A stretch of DNA of 55,016 bases. Source: a virus (lineage: Duplodnaviria > Caudoviricetes). Location of the stretch: positions 1 through 55,016 of IMG/VR virus record IMGVR_UViG_3300020202_001036; one strand, 5' to 3'. The position numbers were made by a program, and so were the translations under genes. Shown piece by piece: positions 27,400 through 35,438 of the stretch; position 1 is the stretch's first letter; the number at the start of each line of letters is the position of its first letter. The notes under the pieces are model-generated. The model had not been told where the DNA came from. It was given only the letters and a program-made list of their open reading frames with translations, and ran no database searches.

Positions 27400-28848
27400 T
27401 TGAGCCCCAACGCAACATGGCACGAGGATTGGCGCGACTGCTTCAGGGAGTACGAGCCGCGCGTCGATCTGACGGGGCACCTGCACCCGAAGCAGTTGGC
27501 TTTCAGGACCGATCCGAGCTTTCTCCGCGTGCTGCACGGGACGCGGCGCAGCGGCAAGACCGAGGTGATGTGCGTCGAGGCCATCGAGGTTGCCGACATG
27601 TTCCCGGGCGAGACCGTGCCCTGGATCATGCCCACGATCGGCATGGGCCGAGACATCGTGTTCCCCAAGATGGAGGAGCTCAGCACCAAGTTCGACCTTG
27701 GCCTGACCATCAACCGCGGCGACTTCAAGATCCACACGCCGAGCGGTGGCGTGATCCAACTCTTCGGGCTGAGCACGAAGCCCGAGGCGGAGAAGGGGCG
27801 CGGCAAGCGCTATCCCCTCGTGATCGCCGACGAGGGCGGCGCGTACCCGAACCAAGACCTGCTGAAGCTTGCGCTGGACGAGACCTTTGGCCCCGCAACG
27901 GCGGACTTCCGTGGTCTCGGGGGCCGCGGAATCGTCGTGGCGGGAACAGCGGGATACGAGCCCGACTCCTACTTCGAACGCCTCGTCGGCGGCAACTCGC
28001 ACGTGAGCAAGCTGGGCGCCTCGGTCCATTTCATGCGGATCTGGGACAATCCGTTTTTTGCGGGCCGCGAGCAGATGATCATCGACGCGCACTTGCGCGA
28101 GAAGGGGCTCGCGGCCAACGATGCCGGCTTCCGGCGCGAGTGGCTCGGCGAGTTCTGCTCGAACACGGAGGGTCTCTGCTACCAGCGCTGGAACGGCGCG
28201 CTGCTGCCGCGGCACATGATCCCGACGGGCGGCTACACCGTGATGGGCCTCGACTTGGGCCGCCATCACCCCTGCGCCTGGGTCATCGTGCGCTTCGTCG
28301 TGGTCGAGACGGTCATCGGCAACACGCTGCGCAGCGTGCACCACGGGCACGTCATTGCGAGCTTCGAAAAGACCGAGTGCGGGCTCGAAGAGATCGCGAG
28401 CATCACGCGCAAGCTCACGCAGGCCTATCACGTCAGCCACATCGCGGGCGACTCGGCGGGACTCGGGGCCACGATCATCGACGACCTGAAGACCGTCTAC
28501 GGACTCCCGATCGTCGCGGTGAAGAAGCGCGGCGACAAGTCGGGCCGCATCTGGATGATGGACTCACAGCTCGGCGCGGGCACGCTGCACGTTCACGAGG
28601 GCTGCGATTCGCTGGTGCGGCAGCTCAGGACGGTGCCTTGGGATGAGCGGAGAAAAGACCACCACCCACGTTTCAGTGACCATTCCGCCGATGCGTGCCA
28701 CTATAGCCTCACGCTCTCGCGGCAGCACGACCTCGAGGAGGAGTTGCCGCCCGAGCCCGGCACGCCTCAATGGTATGCTGCTCAGGAGAAGCGCGATGAA
28801 GAACTCACGCTGGAGTATTCTCGACACCGTCAGCAGCGCGCGGCGTGA
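27400..28848 (+). CDS. terL: Terminase large subunit
   Basis: HPKQ, Walker A GTRRSGKT, Walker B LVIADEGG, GLDLG, DHSADA. Confidence 0.92.
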   Translation: MSPNATWHEDWRDCFREYEPRVDLTGHLHPKQLAFRTDPSFLRVLHGTRRSGKTEVMCVEAIEVADMFPGETVPWIMPTIGMGRDIVFPKMEELSTKFDLGLTINRGDFKIHTPSGGVIQLFGLSTKPEAEKGRGKRYPLVIADEGGAYPNQDLLKLALDETFGPATADFRGLGGRGIVVAGTAGYEPDSYFERLVGGNSHVSKLGASVHFMRIWDNPFFAGREQMIIDAHLREKGLAANDAGFRREWLGEFCSNTEGLCYQRWNGALLPRHMIPTGGYTVMGLDLGRHHPCAWVIVRFVVVETVIGNTLRSVHHGHVIASFEKTECGLEEIASITRKLTQAYHVSHIAGDSAGLGATIIDDLKTVYGLPIVAVKKRGDKSGRIWMMDSQLGAGTLHVHEGCDSLVRQLRTVPWDERRKDHHPRFSDHSADACHYSLTLSRQHDLEEELPPEPGTPQWYAAQEKRDEELTLEYSRHRQQRAA

Positions 28849-28866
28849 CCGCGCAGAAAGCAAACG

Positions 28867-28992
28867 ATGAGGCCCTTCAGCACGCTGGGCTGGTTCATGC
28901 TCGAAGCCATCGGTGCTCTGCATCTCGACCAGACGAAAGACGTCGTGCTCCAGGCCTGGATCCTGGACACGGAGGAAAGGAAAGCATCATGA
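28867..28992 (+). CDS. Small ORF (41 aa) missing from the ORF track
   Basis: MRPFSTLGWFMLEAIGALHLDQTKDVVLQAWILDTEERKAS; ATGA coupling with the next gene. Confidence 0.35.
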   Translation: MRPFSTLGWFMLEAIGALHLDQTKDVVLQAWILDTEERKAS

Positions 28993-29525
28993 CCATCGCC
29001 GACGACATCCGCCGCGTGAAGATGCGCAAGAGCGCCGAGCTCAAAGCTCGCGAGACCCGAGCCGCCAAGCGCGAAGCGAAGCGCCTCGAGGGGCGCCTGC
29101 AAAGCAACCGCGCGCCGGGCGCGATGTTCGACACCGGATTCAAGGCGCAGCTCGACCGAAAGGCGCGCGAGGCCAAAGAGCGCGCGGGCGACCAACCGCG
29201 CCCCGACCTCGACCAGGCTATCGCGGTGGCGCGCCAGAAGGGCCACCTCCCGCCGGCTCACGATGCGGGCACGAGCTACGTCCCGACCGTAGAAGAGATC
29301 CTCGGAGACGAGGCGCTTCCCAAGCCGCCGGCTCCGACGGGCGGCGACACCGAAAATCTGCCGAGCGCTGATGATGTGTTGAACAACCCAGCCCCTGAGC
29401 CCGTGGAGGGCAGCGCGTTCACCCGGGAAGAACTCGCGGAGATCGACCGGCTGAACCCGAAGCGCGCGGTTGCGCCGGCATCAGCGCCGCGTCACCATCA
29501 GGGTGGCCGCCACAAGAGGCGGTGA
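28989..29525 (+). CDS. Hypothetical protein
   Basis: AAGGA SD before ATG 28989. Confidence 0.6.
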   Translation: MTIADDIRRVKMRKSAELKARETRAAKREAKRLEGRLQSNRAPGAMFDTGFKAQLDRKAREAKERAGDQPRPDLDQAIAVARQKGHLPPAHDAGTSYVPTVEEILGDEALPKPPAPTGGDTENLPSADDVLNNPAPEPVEGSAFTREELAEIDRLNPKRAVAPASAPRHHQGGRHKRR

Positions 29526-29537
29526 ACGGGAGCTTGG

Positions 29538-30095
29538 TTGTTCGTCTACGTCATCACCAATTCCGTCAACGGCAAGGTTTACGTCGGCAAGACGATCGCT
29601 CCCGAGAAGCGATGGGCACAGCACCAGTCCGTTGCGATGGCTGGGAAGGCAGGGCCACTGTATGACGCGATCCGGGAGGAAGGCGCTGCCGCATTCGAGG
29701 TTTCGGTAGTTGAGGAATGCGGCTCGGAAGACGAGGCCTTCGATGCCGAGAGGGTATGGATCGACCGGCTAGCGGCGACTGACCCGGACCACGGGTTCAA
29801 CCGATGCATTGGCGGCAACGGCCCGTCTGCGCTGGGCGATCATCGGTACCGCCACATCACGGCTGAGACGTGCTGGGAGCTTTACTCCGCGGGCGTCGCG
29901 GCCCCTGAGATCGCCAGGCGTCTTGGTGTCGCCTCGTACCAGCCAATCTACAGGCTGCTGAAGCGCGCTGGGTACCCCGTGAGGAACGCCGGTCGTGTCA
30001 GGAACGCTGCGGCTGGGCACGTCCTTCGTGACGCTCGGGATTCTCACTCGCCGGAGTGTCGCGCCGCCCTTGACAGCGCGCGGGGCTCCTCATAA
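29538..30095 (+). CDS. Free-standing GIY-YIG homing endonuclease with C-terminal HTH
   Basis: FVYVITNSVNGKVYVGKT..KRWAQH..E..GFN; APEIARRLGV. Confidence 0.88.
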   Translation: MFVYVITNSVNGKVYVGKTIAPEKRWAQHQSVAMAGKAGPLYDAIREEGAAAFEVSVVEECGSEDEAFDAERVWIDRLAATDPDHGFNRCIGGNGPSALGDHRYRHITAETCWELYSAGVAAPEIARRLGVASYQPIYRLLKRAGYPVRNAGRVRNAAAGHVLRDARDSHSPECRAALDSARGSS

Positions 30096-30098
30096 GAT
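30070..30098 (+). promoter_or_regulatory. Sigma70-type promoter for the capsid operon
   Basis: TTGACA (30070-30075), 17-bp spacer, TAAGAT (30093-30098). Confidence 0.7.
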
Positions 30099-30235
30099 TT
30101 TGCTAGTCTACCGGTGACTCTAAACCCGGCCGCGTCCTCGGGCCTTTGGGCGCGGGAGCCACGCTGTGGTCTCCGAAACCGAGCGCTGTGCAACGGAGCA
30201 TCCCCGTTGTTCCCTCGATTCGGAGGTCTGTCCCA

Positions 30236-31799
30236 GTGTCGGACGTTACCTTCTTCAAGGTGGAGACCTGAGAGGCGAAAGCACTCAGCGCAAACCCTTC
30301 TGTATGCTGGAACACCCGGTGGATCCGACGGTACGGGCGCAGTTGCATCCGTGAAAATCCGAGCGGTGCGGGCAATCAGCAGGCAACCGTAAAGTGGGAG
30401 CCTCAGAGGCCAAACGAAGGGCACCCTACGGGGTGATGATATGGTCCGAACACCACGGCGACGTGGTGAGCTGGCGGGAACAGAAACTAGCCAGCCTTCG
30501 CTGAACCAGCGATGCAACAGTTGTAAGTGCACCAATTTCCTCAATATTTCCTACGTCGACGGTGACCTCGCGCACCAGGCCAGCGTCCGCGCGAACCCGT
30601 CGATCAAGCTGTTCGACATCAAGGAAGCGGGCGGTAGCAGCGTCGAGTCACGCTTCATGCTCCGCGGCGCTGCGGGCATGTCGGGCAATCTCACGGACGC
30701 CCAGGCCATCGCGGCGCAGAACAAGAACGGCCGGCACTACCGCTGGCAGGTTCCGTTCGGCAAGACGCGCGGCAGCTTCCGGATCCCCTACGAAGACATC
30801 ATCCAGTCGAAGCTGAGCGAGGCCGCGGAGGCCCAGGCGCTCGAGCTCGAAATGGAGAAGGGTCTCGCCGAGTGCGGGAGCAAGCTCGTGCAGCTGCTCT
30901 TCGGGCGCTCTGGCCTCGCCGGCGGCTTCGGCGAGTGGGAAGAGACCGCGAGCGGCGACTACCCCTCGTTCTGCATCCGCTTCGCCGACCCCAGCGACGC
31001 GCGGAACTTCCAGCCCGGTGACAACGTGGTCATCGCGGCGGGCACGGGCGAGAGCGCTCAGAGCCTCGTCGGTGACGTCGGCTACGTGCTCGACTCGGAC
31101 GTCGAGGATGGCTTCATTCGCCTCGCTGCGCTGAGTGACCTCGAGACGGCGGCGAACCCAGGTGGCTGGGTCGACGACACGAACTACTACGTGTTCAACC
31201 TCGGCCTGCACGGCAACGGCGACCAGGAAGAGGTCATCGTGCCGCTCGAGGCCTACCTCCCCGCGTCGCGCGCCAACGACACGTTCCTGGGCGTGCCGCG
31301 CATCGACTCGGCGTCGCTCTCGGGCGCTCGCCTCTCGGCGACCGAGGAAACCGGCTCGATCGTGCAGCGGATCAAGCGGCTCATCGCGAAGATGCGCGGT
31401 CGCTACACCGACATCGCGAAGGGCGCGAACAAGGTCGTGCTGAACGCCGAGGACTTCGGCGCCGCGGACGAAGACCTGACCGCGCAGCTGATGCGCTCGC
31501 CGGCGACGAAGACCGAGGACGGCTTCACCCAGATCACGATCAACACCGCCAACGGCGCGACGGACCTGATCTCGGAGCCCTACAAGAACAAGGGCTCGTT
31601 CTTCGTGCTCTCGCCCGCATCGCTGAAGCTCTACTCGGCGCTCGGCGGAGGCAAGCTGCTCGACCTGGTGAAGTTCCCGGGCGGCCAGGTCACGCGCGTG
31701 ATGGAGGGCTCGAACGACTTCGAGGTCCGAACCTTCTCCAGCCTCGCCAACACCGTCGGCGCACCCTTCGCGCACGGGCGCGGGTCGACGACCTCCTGA
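30236..31799 (+). CDS. Major capsid protein, spliced: join(30236..30255,30530..31799), 429 aa
   Basis: GGAGG SD then GTG; splicing gives MSDVTFFTNFLNISYVDGD... Size, biased codon use and position after the terminase fit a capsid gene. Confidence 0.75.
30256..30529 (+). ncRNA. Group I self-splicing intron (274 nt, no ORF)
   Basis: P ATGCTGGAA 30304, Q AATCAGCAGG 30374, R TCAGAGGCCA 30403, S GATATGGTCC 30438; P3 CCCTTC/GAAGGG; IGS GGTGGAGA pairs with the ligated exons TCTT/CACC; terminal G 30529. Confidence 0.9.
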
Positions 31800-31814
31800 A
31801 AGGAGCCGACCCAG

Positions 31815-32210
31815 ATGGCACTCGGCGGCTGCGGCAGTCCAGTTCGTGGGTCCGGCAACGGGCTCACGATCTGGAACCTGGAGTGGACCTTTTCCGACGG
31901 GTCGGGCGCGGTGGCGCTCGACACGGCGCAGAGCGATCGTCACCCGGACATCGCGACGCCCGTCGCCGATGGCGGCACGGGCATCACGTCGATCCGCTTC
32001 CCCAAGTGCGACCGCGTGTGGCTCGACGCGCTCAACCACGAGCCCGCGGACGAGACCACGGCTGCGGCATACCGCCAAGTCGCGCTCGTCTCGGTCAGCC
32101 CCACCGCGGGCACGGCCGAGGTTCGTTACCTGGCCGCCAACGGCGGCGCGCTGTCGGACCCCACCAGCGGTTCGAGGACGCGGCTCACGCTGCGGCTCGA
32201 GCGCCCCTGA
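31815..32210 (+). CDS. Virion structural protein (putative)
   Basis: AAGGAG SD; directly after the capsid gene; beta-rich. Confidence 0.65.
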   Translation: MALGGCGSPVRGSGNGLTIWNLEWTFSDGSGAVALDTAQSDRHPDIATPVADGGTGITSIRFPKCDRVWLDALNHEPADETTAAAYRQVALVSVSPTAGTAEVRYLAANGGALSDPTSGSRTRLTLRLERP

Positions 32211-32231
32211 CCATCAACGGAGATTTGATCC

Positions 32232-32825
32232 ATGGCAACTACCATCTTGAGCGGCCCCACGGGGCTGTTTGACCCGTACACCCGGGACCAGGCCAGCGCG
32301 CGCCAGGTCCTCGCGCTCGCCATGTATGGCGGCGAGAAGGGCGCCGGCGACACCGATCTGGCACTCCGAAAGCGCGTCGTCACGGCCGAGAAGTGGATCT
32401 CCGGATTCCCCGACTTCGAGGTCGACGTCGCCACGACTGCAGCGGAGACCGGCGCCGCGATCGAACTCATCGCGAGGGGCGTCACCTTCCCGGCGGGCTT
32501 CATGCGGCTCGTCAACGTCGACTACTACGTCGCCGGCAACGCCGCGGACGAGACGGGCTGGGCGCGACACACCGCGCTCGTGTCGGGTGGCTCGACGCCG
32601 ATCGTTCGCGTCGTGACGGTGCCCGCGAGCACGCCCGTTCAGGTCGGCGGCAACACGCTGTCCGGCGTGGCTGGCGCAGGGTTCGCGTCTACCCCGGCCG
32701 TCACGGTCGTGGCTGGCGCGAGCACGGTGACGGTCAACGTCGTGTCGGCAGAGGCCGAGAACCTGAACTGGAGGGTGCAGGTCTCGCTCGGCAGGCTCGT
32801 CCCGCTGCGTATCCCCGCGAGCTGA
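32232..32825 (+). CDS. Virion structural / decoration protein (putative)
   Basis: GGAG SD; Val/Ala/Thr-rich beta protein. Confidence 0.65.
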   Translation: MATTILSGPTGLFDPYTRDQASARQVLALAMYGGEKGAGDTDLALRKRVVTAEKWISGFPDFEVDVATTAAETGAAIELIARGVTFPAGFMRLVNVDYYVAGNAADETGWARHTALVSGGSTPIVRVVTVPASTPVQVGGNTLSGVAGAGFASTPAVTVVAGASTVTVNVVSAEAENLNWRVQVSLGRLVPLRIPAS

Positions 32826-32835
32826 ACCCTTCCCT

Positions 32836-32878
32836 CCGCGGGCGGCGAGAGTTTCTGGCTTTCGCTCGTCGCCCGCGG
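32836..32878 (+). other. GC-rich stem-loop after the capsid-associated genes
   Basis: CCGCGGGCGGCGAG pairs with CTCGTCGCCCGCGG (one G-U); no U-tract, so a terminator role is uncertain. Confidence 0.4.
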
Positions 32879-32917
32879 TGGATCCTTCGCAAAGCCGCCG
32901 GAAAGCGAGGCCATCAA

Positions 32918-33193
32918 GTGGCTGACATGTACGACGAACTGTCCGAGCTCGATGACGAGATGGGCGAAGACATGGCCGCCGAAGGCGCCGCAGACGAGGC
33001 CGAGGCCATCGACGCCGAGTTCGCGATGCACGCCGCCGAGGCGGGCTTCGACACGCCCGAGAAGCAGAAGGCCCTCAAGGCTGCGATCGAGCGCTGCTAC
33101 GCCATGAAGGACGAGGCCGCGGGCGAGGAAGAAGTCGCCGACGAAAACCTCGAGGAACTCGAGGACGAAGACCCGCTCGAAGCCTTCGCGTGA
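32918..33193 (+). CDS. Highly acidic small protein
   Basis: MYDELSELDDEM...EELEDEDPLEAFA. Confidence 0.6.
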   Translation: MADMYDELSELDDEMGEDMAAEGAADEAEAIDAEFAMHAAEAGFDTPEKQKALKAAIERCYAMKDEAAGEEEVADENLEELEDEDPLEAFA

Positions 33194-33201
33194 GGTGATT
33201 C

Positions 33202-33933
33202 ATGGCGGTCACTCGCACGCTCGGGGCCATGCAAAACCGCGGGGCCAAGCTGGCCGACATCACGCTTGGTAGCGGAAGCAGTGCGCGCCACGAGACAACC
33301 GACGCCACGCTGTATCTGAACGACAGCTATCGGCAGCTGCTCACGCTGCTGACCACGCGCGGCTTTGATTTCGCCTTGACCGAGACCGCGCAGGCGCCGC
33401 TGCCGTCAACGCGCGCCGACACGAACGAGCAGTACTCGCTCATCGACTGGCCCAGCGGGGCCATCCTGCTCAAGCGGATCGACGTCTACAGCGACGGCAA
33501 CTGGTTCGAGCTCGACCGGCGCGACTGGACCACGCTACGCAGCGAGTGGCGCTCGAGCGCGGCCATGGCGCGCCGCCCCGTCGTCTACGCGCCGAAGAGC
33601 CATGGCACGGTGAGCGGGGCCACCTTCACCGCCGGCAAGATCGCGCTGGCCCCGTTCTCTGCCAACGGCTCGTACAAGGTCACGTATCAGGCCGAGTGGG
33701 CCGACATCACGGACACGGCGCATGTCTTCCTGTTCCCCGACGAGCACTGCGTGCAGTGGGTGCTCTGGGATTTCGTCGTCAAGATCGCGGCGCGAGACCG
33801 GGACAACCGGAAGCGCCACGAGATCGCCATCACGGAGCGCGCTCACGCCGAGGCGCTGATCGGGCACTTCGTGCCGAACATCGTGCAGACCGGGCCCCAG
33901 ACGATGGTCCGATCGCTCAACTACCACCGATGA
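33202..33933 (+). CDS. Head-to-tail adaptor protein (putative)
   Basis: GAGGTG SD; TLGAMQNR..AD..LYLNDSY pattern typical of podoviral adaptors (inference). Confidence 0.6.
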   Translation: MAVTRTLGAMQNRGAKLADITLGSGSSARHETTDATLYLNDSYRQLLTLLTTRGFDFALTETAQAPLPSTRADTNEQYSLIDWPSGAILLKRIDVYSDGNWFELDRRDWTTLRSEWRSSAAMARRPVVYAPKSHGTVSGATFTAGKIALAPFSANGSYKVTYQAEWADITDTAHVFLFPDEHCVQWVLWDFVVKIAARDRDNRKRHEIAITERAHAEALIGHFVPNIVQTGPQTMVRSLNYHR

Positions 33934-33944
33934 AGGAGACACCC

Positions 33945-34148
33945 ATGCTCACCCGCACCATGCTCGCCACCGCTCTCTGCCTCGCCACCGTCGCCTCGGG
34001 CTGCGGCTCAGCGCTCGTGCAGTGCAAGCTCGAAGCGGTCGAAAGGCTGCCCGATGACCCGCTCGCCGTGAACGGACACGACGTTTCGAACCTCATCGCG
34101 CGCCTGCAGAACTGCCGGGCCAGCGCCGCCGACGCGGGGGCCCGGTGA
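33945..34148 (+). CDS. Small lipoprotein (possible o-spanin)
   Basis: AAGGAG SD; MLTRTMLATALCLATVASGC lipobox. Confidence 0.5.
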   Translation: MLTRTMLATALCLATVASGCGSALVQCKLEAVERLPDDPLAVNGHDVSNLIARLQNCRASAADAGAR

Positions 34149-34615
34149 GTCCGCTCCCGCCCCGAGCGAAGCCGCGCGCGGTGCCGCAGGTTCCTCAGCA
34201 GCCATACCCGACGGCGTCCGACTACGAGCCCGAGGTCACCGTCGAGGAGCCGATACCGCTCACCTCCGACGAGGTGCCCACGATGCGCGATCTGAGCGAG
34301 CAGATCGGCGCGGTGAGTTCGCACCTGCAGGTCGTGCACAAGGAGGCCGCGCTGGCCCGCGTTGCCGCCAGTGCTGCTGCCGCCGCAGCGGAGTCCGCCC
34401 GCGGCGAGATCGCTGAGGTGCGCAGGCTGGTTGTCGGTGACCACGCGCCTCGCCTCACGGAGGTCGCAAAGCGCGTCGAGGACGTCGAGAAGCGCGTCCC
34501 GCTCACGATTCCACCGATGGCCAAGAAGGGCGGCGCGCTCGTCGGCGCAGCGGCCATCTACCCGCTGCTTGAGTGGCTGATTCCTCTCGCCCAGAAGTGG
34601 ATCGAGTCGCGGTGA
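34145..34615 (+). CDS. Coiled-coil protein with C-terminal membrane anchor
   Basis: GALVGAAAIYPLLEWLIPLA. Confidence 0.55.
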   Translation: MSPLPPRAKPRAVPQVPQQPYPTASDYEPEVTVEEPIPLTSDEVPTMRDLSEQIGAVSSHLQVVHKEAALARVAASAAAAAAESARGEIAEVRRLVVGDHAPRLTEVAKRVEDVEKRVPLTIPPMAKKGGALVGAAAIYPLLEWLIPLAQKWIESR

Positions 34616-34812
34616 CCTGGACCGGCGTCGCCAAGTTCCTCTGGGAACTGGGCAGCGAACTCTGGCACGAGCGCCAGCGGCGGAAAGCGCGCTCGCGCGC
34701 CGCGGAGCACTGGGCGACGACTTCAGCCCCAGCGCGCGCGTGCCCGCGGTGCCGCGAGATCGCCTACGTACCGGGCCAGACGACGTGCACCAAGTGCGGA
34801 GCCGCGCTGTGA
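34612..34812 (+). CDS. Small zinc-ribbon protein
   Basis: CPRC..CTKCG; GTGA coupling. Confidence 0.5.
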   Translation: MTWTGVAKFLWELGSELWHERQRRKARSRAAEHWATTSAPARACPRCREIAYVPGQTTCTKCGAAL

Positions 34813-35432
34813 AATTTACGGGCGTGCACCACGCCGTGCTGGTCTACCGCTCGATGGGCTTCCGCGTGGTGCCTCTGTACGGGGTCACCAACGGGCAGTG
34901 CGCGTGCGGCTCCTATCGCTGCAAGGAACGCGACGCGGGCAAGCACGAGCCGCCGGCGACCGACGGCGCCTGGAAGGATGGTGCCGAGCACGGCCCCGCC
35001 GACTTCGGCACCGAAGACAACGTTGCGCTCGCCATGGGCGCCTGGAATGGCTCCGCCGACTGGCTCGTCGCGCTCGACATCGACGGCCCGCTCGACCTGT
35101 CCGAAATCGGCTGGACGCTGCCGCCGACGCTGACGCAGCGGAGCCCACGTGGGCGGCACCTGGTGTTCTCCGTGCCCGCCTACACCCCGCTCGGCAACTG
35201 GGTCGACGCGCTCGAGACGAAGGCCAGCTTTGGTGCCTCGCTCGACCTCCGCTACGCGCGCGGCCGCATCGTTGCTGCGCCGAGCCGCAACGCCTTCGGT
35301 GCCTACGAGTGGGTCGACTTTCGGCCGCCAGCGCGGCTGCCGCAGGCAGCCATCGACGACATCCTCGACCGCCGTGCCGCGCGGGGCCTGCCCGTGGACA
35401 CGGAATGGCGCCGCGGCAGCAAGCGGCCATGA
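34809..35432 (+). CDS. Bifunctional primase-polymerase (Prim-Pol) N-terminal domain protein
   Basis: GFRVVPL..CACG..C..GKH; VALDIDG; SPRGRHLVF; DLR..GRIVAAPSR..YEW. Confidence 0.85.
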   Translation: MKFTGVHHAVLVYRSMGFRVVPLYGVTNGQCACGSYRCKERDAGKHEPPATDGAWKDGAEHGPADFGTEDNVALAMGAWNGSADWLVALDIDGPLDLSEIGWTLPPTLTQRSPRGRHLVFSVPAYTPLGNWVDALETKASFGASLDLRYARGRIVAAPSRNAFGAYEWVDFRPPARLPQAAIDDILDRRAARGLPVDTEWRRGSKRP

Positions 35433-35438
35433 GTTCCC

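Noticed and set aside
26532-28646. 704-aa ORF and other long overlapping ORFs (e.g. 24024..25631, 30648..32078, 52804..54114)
   Set aside because: Shadow frames of well-supported genes in high-GC DNA, with no recognisable motifs.
30441-30529. ORF-track N-terminus of the capsid protein (MVRTPRRRG...)
   Set aside because: It lies in the intron P7-P9 region and has no SD; the spliced model fits better.
33945-34615. Firm holin/spanin call
   Set aside because: The topology is only suggestive and the genes are far from the endolysin; left as putative.
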